DNA of 64,000 nt, taken from assembly GCF_006345805.1 (NCBI RefSeq), contig NC_043001.1, positions 94,674,001 to 94,738,000 of the forward strand, written 5' to 3'. Made by a program: the position numbers and the translations under genes. The notes under the pieces are model-generated. The model saw nothing but the letters and a program-made list of their open reading frames with translations, searched no databases and was not told the DNA's origin. Below, piece by piece: positions 55,560-64,000 of this stretch. The stretch's first letter is position 1; each line of letters opens with the position of its first letter. The DNA is from Octopus sinensis (Eukaryota).

Positions 55560-56800
55560 AACCACAACAAGAGAAAACTACAATGCAGACACGAACTTAC
55601 AATGTAACGGGAAAAGCCTCGGATTTATGCAACGGATAAAAACTTTGTGGTACTCCAAACACCCAGAATTAGTTTTTTTCCCAAACCAGATAAATGAACA
55701 GGATCTAACATGAGATGTAAATTGATGCTTTTAATACAATTGTCTGATGCAAAGTAGTCTGACTCTACTAAACCAAAATCCAGTTATGCACACACAGAGC
55801 GGCCAGCTAAATGTAGCAGTAAAAACTCATACCATTAATATTGCTGAAATATATAACTATACTGTAGAAATAGAACTGAAAAGCTTGGGGACGTCTTACA
55901 AGTGATGTGAGATCATCTCGGAACAAGTCCGCGGCCTCCATCTGAACGACTGGTCATATAACATCAGTAAAAATATAGAATGCAATAAATTAGACGTGGA
56001 GACAATAAACAAAGTGGTAAGCAAGTAGTTGGCGACTGCCCAATTCAGAGTTATGAAAATAATGTACGAAACGATTAACATATTGATGTATGTCTCAGTT
56101 ATTGCATTACTAGATTATCACTAAAAGCTGGTGCCATGTACATATGAAAAGAGAAATCATCAATAAGCATGGGCACGTAGATAATAAAATTTCGTTCATG
56201 TGAAGATGTGTCTTAGAGGTCATTGTGGTTATGAAATATAGCATATAGAACAACTTCACAAGACACCAGAAATACTTCAGCAAAAAGATAAAGAGCCTAT
56301 TTGGTGATGCACGATTAAACGATTAAGCTACAAACTGCACCAGGTGGAACAACAACTGATCGCTACAACTAAAATCACGGAAGTATAGATGTATTGCTTA
56401 TAAACAAAAAGATCCTCAATAAATTACTTTCCAGAGATCCCGAGTCAGTCTATCGCAGCAGTAATGGCAAAGCTCAAGCACTGTAAAACACAATCGCACA
56501 CAGGATCAGGTTAAGGGCTAATGGAGATATGCATGAGAAACAAGCGATAAATTCAACTGGCAAGGAGTAAAAAAACAAGCTAAGAAATTGGAGCCGGGCT
56601 ACTGACAGCATGTCCAGTGAAAGCGATATGAATTGGGGAAGAAATATTGGAAACAGTTCTACAGGAAATATGGAACAACATATCCCCAAGTCCAGAAGTC
56701 AATTACCTTTCATCGTCGAGATCATATATCATACGGTTGAATGCAGAAGGATTCAAGGGTCAAAAGAAATGCCCCAGTGCTTATCAACTTCAACTACTTA
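55560..56800 (+). mobile_element. Decayed R4/Dong-like LINE 5'/pre-RT region
   Basis: GFMQRIKTLWYSKHPEL, KKILNKLLSRDPESVYRS and LRNWSRATD resemble R4-clade N-terminal and NWKSPG motifs; many stops. Confidence 0.5.
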
Positions 56801-57309
56801 GCTTATAATTCAAAATATTTAAACCAATCTTGCTAAAATTTACTAATTCATAGACTGCCAGAAATTCATGTACGAATTATTCATTTGCCGGGTGATCTTT
56901 CCACTAACACCATTATAATAAAAACAAAAGAAAGCGTGAATGCACTGTGAAGCTTTTAATTGAACAAAATGATCCAAGAAAAAGAGTAAAAAGCTGTGGG
57001 AACTTAACTATAGTGTGGCTGAATTACTAGAAGCATTTTGAAAGCTACCACGTGGGGGATTATAAAATCTTCATAGTTAACTGAAATCTCAAATCCAAGC
57101 AACATCATATGTCATATTATGACTTATTATTTCATAATATAGTATATTACATACACACACGCGCGCACACACTCAGACAAACACATACAGGTTGGTTTTG
57201 GTGGTTGATATGCCGTGTGTGGTGACATATACATATGAGGGTGTGTGTAATTTACATGTATTTCATTTCACTTATGCTTATTGAATAATCGAATTGCAAA
57301 ATATAACTA

Positions 57310-57340
<31 letters not shown>

Positions 57341-57396
57341 ATTTATATATATATATATATATATATAAATGTGAGTGCGCATGTGTGATGCGTATG

Positions 57397-57448
<52 letters not shown>

Positions 57449-58254
57449 TATGTCTGTTTATGTTTATGTGTGCGAGTGTGGGACTATGCATGCCTATGTG
57501 TGTGTGTTAAAGCACTCTCTAACGATGTGATATTTATTTTGTTAGTTTTCTGTGGGGGTGATTGGTTCGTTGTGTTATTCAGATGTATTCTTTCTCGTGA
57601 AACTATATTTAGTATTGCCAGCTTGGAAATCGAAAGGTCAATATCATTTTATAAGCTATGCATAATTCTAATATTTGGCACTTGACTTTATCTCTTCGTG
57701 CAATACGTTTTCATACTTCTTCGTATCAAGTAAGTCTTTCCAAGAAATTTTTTTTATTTATCTGAAGTAGAAGGTCAAGATGCACCACTAGTCGTTTAGC
57801 ATTCAACGAGCTGCAATTTTAGTTGGTAATAACTCTTATTATTTTGCACTTCACTTATCAACTATGATAATGAACGACATGAGTCGGACAAATATAGGTA
57901 ATCTTTAGATTTGATTATGTACGAGTATTGCAGGTTAAGATATCTAGAATATATACAGATGCTATTATGTTAAACTGCAGTATGTCCAAATTTGGACAAA
58001 TACGTTTTATTTAATATTAATTTTTGCATGCAATAGTCGGTTCTGTTGGTCAAACTATCGTATCTCCAACTGCTTCGGATGCCAAGATATCAAAAATTGT
58101 CGAAATGTAGTACAACGGTTTTGCTACGGAATGGTGAAACTATATTTTGTTAACTAAAAAAAGCAACGGTTTGGATTTATTACACTTTTACATAATTGCA
58201 ATATTATATATTAGAACATCCATGAAGGCGTGATTAATTATAATTCTGTCCTTT

Positions 58255-58333
58255 CGATGTAATCAACTTAATCCCCTTGTCTGCCCTTGTTTGTCCCTTC
58301 TGTGCTTAGCCCTTTGTGGGTAGTAAAGAAATA
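58255..58333 (+). mobile_element. SINE family B 3' tail fragment
   Basis: ccttgtttgtcccttctgtgcttagccctttgtgggtagtaaagaaata. Confidence 0.75.
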
Positions 58334-60187
58334 TATAATTCTGTTGTGTGGACGCCCCCAGACGATGAAGTAGACTAATCCAATACGTAGATATAGAGAG
58401 AGAAGTCTTAGCGTGTCGAGAGAGTGGAATTGTGTAGAGGTTATCCGAACGTGCGACATAACAAATTCACGTCGACAAAAATATCGCATTTACTAAAAAA
58501 GTGCGAGCTGCTGCACAACAACAATCAAACTTTGTCATATTAATTACATTGTTTAACGGATATGCTGGATGAAACTGTTGCTTCGTATCATATATTATTA
58601 CGTAAGTCTCTTAACTGAAATTATTGGAATGTTATGTCATTCTAATTCCAAAGAGATCCTTCGGGACATAAGTAAAATCATTCGATTCAAAATGGTGTGG
58701 AAATGATATTGCAAAGAAACTAATTAATACAAATCCCTCTCTATGTTAATATTTTGGTCATCTATTATCAAATATCTGTTAATATGAATTTTATGATTGT
58801 TAAAAATAAACTGATATCATAATATCAGTGTCAGCCAACTTCCAGAAGATATAACTTACCCTCTACCAGTATCTAACATATAATATTTTAGGATTCTCTA
58901 TTTGTATGGCATAACGCACATATTATGAATAAATTAGCATGCGCTTTAAAACAGGGAACATACTATGGTATAATTCCGACAAAATATGACGAATGTGATT
59001 ATATAAACAATTTTTCCCGGTTGCGATTACACCTCGAATGTCGTTAGATGACCTGGATTCTTCAATAACAAAAATATTGATGTCAATGATAATTCTAATT
59101 AATAGTTATATTAATTCTCAAATGGTTATGAATTAATTCATTTTACGGACAATATATTATCCGTGAGTGCAGGGATAATAATTGTTTGAAATTATTTCTC
59201 TCACTTTTGCAAATCACAAACAGAAGTTACGAGTGGAAACAATCATAATACACTGTAACATAGTAAACATGCAGGATTACATAATGATAGAAAATATGAC
59301 ACTAGAATTACGACAGAATATTGTTTTCAAATCAGGGAGTCATGTTTAAATATTTTTAGGAAATTGAAGATTCCGAAATCTCTTTGTATATAAGGAAGTA
59401 TATAAGGAAGTTAGTGAAAATTTTAGTAACTTTTGCTCGATATAAAATGAGTTCGTAAATATCTTTTCCGATGCACAGTATATTAATTTGGTATTTCAGG
59501 GCAGGAAATTGTCATATGCTATATAGTTCAAAGTACGTTTAAAATGTTCATTCGTAGATGGTATTACACTAAATGTGAATTTAAGCAACGCATTCCTTAG
59601 AAATATGTATAACTTTTCTAATTATCATATAAAACTTAGAGATTGCAGGAATGATATTCAAACACGATGCATTATTTATCATTTATTGTGACATTAAATA
59701 AACAATACGATTAAAGAAGGAAATCGAACATACGATTTATATCAAGTGAAACAACGAAACTGATGGGTTATTTCGTATATCACGTTGTTTCATCACCTTT
59801 ATTGAATTCGGTGGGGAATTTCATTCGAAAGCAGTTTTGTATGAAAAGGGTTGATACATATAGTTTAGATACTTAATGCCATTAATAGTTCACTTCTTGC
59901 TGCAGCTATTGACATGCTCATCGATCGTTTCTTCAAACTAATCAAATAAGTCATATCTACTCAAATCACTAAATTGGTCTAATTGAAACTGTCCAAGGTA
60001 AACTTATATTCTGAAACAAAACATGCTTTGACAGGTAATATCGTGTCTGGAGTAATAAGCATCTACTACAAATGGATATAGAAAGCGTAAATTAAACGAA
60101 GTAGAAAACGGGATATATAACTCTCATGCGTATACACACACGCATATTTATACACGTCATTGGGAATCACCTGTATACACATGCATA

Positions 60188-60284
<97 letters not shown>

Positions 60285-60376
60285 CTTTATTCTTACAACA
60301 CAGCTACGCTTACACCTGTGTATATATATAATATATATATATACATACACAGACACACACAAGTATGTATATATAT

Positions 60377-60409
<33 letters not shown>

Positions 60410-60480
60410 TGTTTAAATCTATAGAAAAACCAAAAGACGCAGGCAGGTGTCTGAACAGGTGTATGACCAACAAGCAAGCG

Positions 60481-60560
60481 TAATTGTCTGACGCTCGAGA
60501 AAAATGAATATGTATTTAACGTTTCGAGCCTACACTCCTCAGCAGGAAGAAAAAGTGCCA
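60481..60560 (-). mobile_element. Penelope-like terminal fragment with a minimal hammerhead-like motif
   Basis: CTGAGGA-gtgtaggctc-GAAACGTT at 60518-60542; homologous context to 481-543. Confidence 0.45.
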
Positions 60561-60663
60561 AGAAAAAGGGAGAGAATGAAAAAACTGTGTAGAGTTCTGC
60601 GGCCCAGCATGCAGATGTGCGTATATACATATATACGCATATATATTCGCATAAATCTGTGTT

Positions 60664-60698
<35 letters not shown>

Positions 60699-61124
60699 TA
60701 GTGGTTTTATCTCTAATTTATATTTTATGTCTTTCGTATCTGTGTGAAGTTGAAGCATTTTCTATAAACAGATAGGAGCTTGATGAAATGACTGTTGATT
60801 TGTATGACATGATGCACGAATTTGGAATAATTGTCAAGCTAATGATATATATTGAGGAGAGACTGAAAATCCTTTTTTTCATTCATCTCATTTTTCTTTA
60901 TATTATTGCTTACACAATTAAAATACTCATTGAGAATAAAGCTGAGTAGTACTTGATATTGTTAAGTTATCACTTCTAAACATGCGAATGAATCCAGATT
61001 TGCACCTAATTATATGATAAAATAATCATTTTATTATTGTCCATAGATTCTCTAACGTCTGTGCAACACATGCTGAAAATTACCTGCCTAATAAACGCAA
61101 TCCACGTGGTCCTCATGTATATGT

Positions 61125-61540
61125 GTGTCTGTGTGGGAAGTAGTTTGCTTACCAGGCACATGGTTCAGGGTTCGATTTCTCTGAGTGGCATCTTGGGTAT
61201 CTGTCTTCTACTATAGCCTCGGGCCGGCCAAAGCTTTTTGAGTGGATTTGATAAACCGAAACTGAAAGAAGCCCGTCGTATATATATATGTATATATATA
61301 TAGCTCTGTGTCTGTGTCTGCGTGTTTATGTTTGTGCATCTATTTTTTTTCGCCATCATCACTTGCCAGCCGCTGTTGACGTGTGACGTCCACGTTACAT
61401 AGCGGTTCGGAAAAATATACCGACAGAATAATACTACTCTTACAAAAATGAATCTTGGGGTCGATATATTCGACTAGAGGCGATGCTCCAGCATATCTGC
61501 AGTCAAACCGTGAAATGAATGAAAAGAATAAAAGAAAACA
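61125..61540 (+). mobile_element. SINE family A
   Basis: gtagtttgcttaccaggcacatggttcagggttcgattt..gctccagcatatctgcagtcaaa. Confidence 0.85.
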
Positions 61541-61547
61541 ACTATAC

Positions 61548-61549
<2 letters not shown>

Positions 61550-61628
<79 letters not shown>

Positions 61629-61640
61629 TAATAATATTAT
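61550..61640. repeat. (TAA)n tract between two SINEs
   Basis: Seen directly. Confidence 0.95.
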
Positions 61641-61669
61641 TTCTCCTCTGAGAGCATTATGTAATTAAC

Positions 61670-61862
61670 TTCTAACTTTGGCACAAGGCCAGTAATCTGG
61701 GGAAGGGTACTCAGTCGGTTGTATCGATCACAGTTATCAATGCTTACACATGCTTCGGAAATGATGAAAGTTCGGTAGAAGTTTTATTTAGAACGTAAAT
61801 ACAGACGAAATGTTGCTAAACATTTTCCCCTGGTGAGCTAATGAATATGCCGGCTAACCAGC
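61670..61862 (-). mobile_element. SINE family B, decayed
   Basis: ggcacaaggccag..cagacgaaatgttgctaaacatttt. Confidence 0.65.
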
Positions 61863-62342
61863 AACAAAATTGACATATATTGATAACGTATTTTGGCACT
61901 ATATACACGCAGTGAATGTTTCTATATGTAAGTCAATTTAATGAAATTAAAATGATTTCCAAATTACCAAGCTGTTATACAATAAAACTGAAAGTTATAA
62001 TTTAAAATATGCTCATTATATTATATTTCATTCTAAATAAAACAAATATATTACCCAAATTATACTGTTATATCGTTATTTCTGAATAACCTATAGAATG
62101 TTGTTGCTATATCATGCATTGCTGTATAAATAGACATGTTACCCTACATACAAAACAAATACTAAGTGGATTCGAAAATTCTAACATATATTTGTAAGTA
62201 TTTATTTATCTTACATTTTGTCATAATTTGTATGTAAGCTTGGTACACACACAAACGCATACACACACGGCACTCACAAACAAACATATACATATACACT
62301 TACAATCTCAGGTTTATAAACACATATGAATACAGATTTATA

Positions 62343-62386
<44 letters not shown>

Positions 62387-62579
62387 TATATATGTATATA
62401 TATATATAATAATATTAAAGGTGCAAGGGCGAATTAAACGTCCCATCTCCAAAATTCTTGGAAGTGCCGAGGTCTTCATTTTCAAGCATGCTCCCATAAT
62501 ATAATTCCATATATACGTATCCGTCCGAGATTTTTGTATCGGCTTTTAAATGTTATGCGTTCTTGTCCCAGTTTGTATT

Positions 62580-62585
62580 ATATAT

Positions 62586-62636
<51 letters not shown>

Positions 62637-62668
62637 TATATATATTATATATATAATATATATATATA

Positions 62669-62722
<54 letters not shown>

Positions 62723-62770
62723 GTATATATATATATAGATATATAGATATATATATATACACACACACAC

Positions 62771-62801
<31 letters not shown>

Positions 62802-62830
62802 CAAACATACATATATATGTATGTATAGAT
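62580..62830. repeat. (TA)n tract
   Basis: Seen directly. Confidence 0.95.
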
Positions 62831-63006
62831 AGATAAATATATAGACAGAGATAGGTAGATTGCTGTTGATTTAATGTATAATTTACCTATAAATTATTAT
62901 TGTATGCTGAATACCCGATAAAATAAACATGATTGTATCTTTATATTCTTGTATGAATCAAGATACACACACACACATACATATGTGTATAAATATATAT
63001 ATATAC

Positions 63007-63038
<32 letters not shown>

Positions 63039-63122
63039 TAATAGTAGTGGTAAGACAACAAAAGAATGAAAGAGACCTCGATATTATGTAAATAGAGGAA
63101 TTTATTTGTAGTACAATGGGAC

Positions 63123-63206
63123 GTTGCCATGATAAAACTCCGAGTTTCGGATGTCGGGGTAGGTTTCCGTCCACGACATCTGAACTCGGAGTTCTCTCAT
63201 GGCAAC
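63123..63206. repeat. 84-nt GC-rich imperfect hairpin (stem about 33 bp)
   Basis: gttgccatga-taa-aactccgagtt-t-cggatgtcg pairs with cgacatctg-aactcggagtt-ctc-tcatggcaac. Confidence 0.9.
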
Positions 63207-63252
63207 CGTATAATTGTCACATATTATATTACACACACACAGATATATATAT

Positions 63253-63296
<44 letters not shown>

Positions 63297-64000
63297 GAGA
63301 CACACGCATGCACACCTATATCTATCTATATTTTTATTTGAAGTTACTCTTTCAGTATTCATAATATAATGTTTACTAGTAATAGCTGTTTACAGCTTTA
63401 TCAATGTTCCTCTAAATAACTTTTGGTTAGCCTTAAAAAAAAATTTTTTTTTTGATTGTGAATTCTGAAAATATTTTTGTTTTAATATATGTATCTGTGT
63501 TCTTCATTAAATATATCTAGTTTTACCATCTCAATGAAATGTTGTCAAAGCGACATTCAAATCTATTCAGCTATTTAACAAAGGCATAAATATTGTATGA
63601 ATCCACATTCCCTGATGAGAATTAATATTGGGTTTTAATTACTAAGATAAAAATTAAAACGTAAGGAAGGAATACATTGTTTCTATGACTGGCGGTAGTA
63701 TTATGCGATAGCATGCATTAGCTGAAGAACTATAATCATACAGTAATCATGAATAATTTTATTCATATAAATATTAATCACATACATTATGAAATACCAC
63801 CAGAGGCATCGCAAACATGTACTCAATCCCATTCGAGCATTGATCATAACCAATTTTCAGAAATCCTGCCTGTTACTTGCAAAAACTGTGATTTCTTAGT
63901 CATTCTTAATTCCTTATGAACTATCTCTAAGTAGGCAGTTGATATTGCAATCTTGTTACTCATGATATATAAAGGCAATGGAATCATGAATTATATATAT

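Overview
AT-rich animal genomic DNA, by its repeat content very probably octopus (inference from the tRNA-derived SINEs, dense (TA)n/(CA)n/(TACA)n tracts, and R4/Dong, Penelope, CR1 and mariner relics). I could not recognise any cellular protein-coding gene, tRNA or rRNA. The window reads as intergenic DNA or a very long intron, and nearly all ORFs in the supplied track are microsatellite translations. Supported content: about 25 SINE copies or fragments of 3-4 families, including a 450-bp triplication and head-truncated multimers; four R4/Dong LINE 3' fragments stacked around (TAA)n tracts, plus one decayed 5' part; Penelope-like RT fragments; one full-length decayed mariner and a second mariner 3' end; a short Helitron-like element; a CR1 3' end; a possible LTR-retrotransposon pol relic. 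The most interesting signal is a structurally complete type I hammerhead-ribozyme motif at 40702-40787 (minus strand, extended stem II). Several decayed, minimal or half hammerhead-like motifs also occur, all on the minus strand, two of them placed inverted in front of Penelope-like RT sequence. Two long imperfect hairpins (6385-6549 and 63123-63206) are also notable. TE boundaries are approximate and everything was judged by eye; no search or folding program was run.
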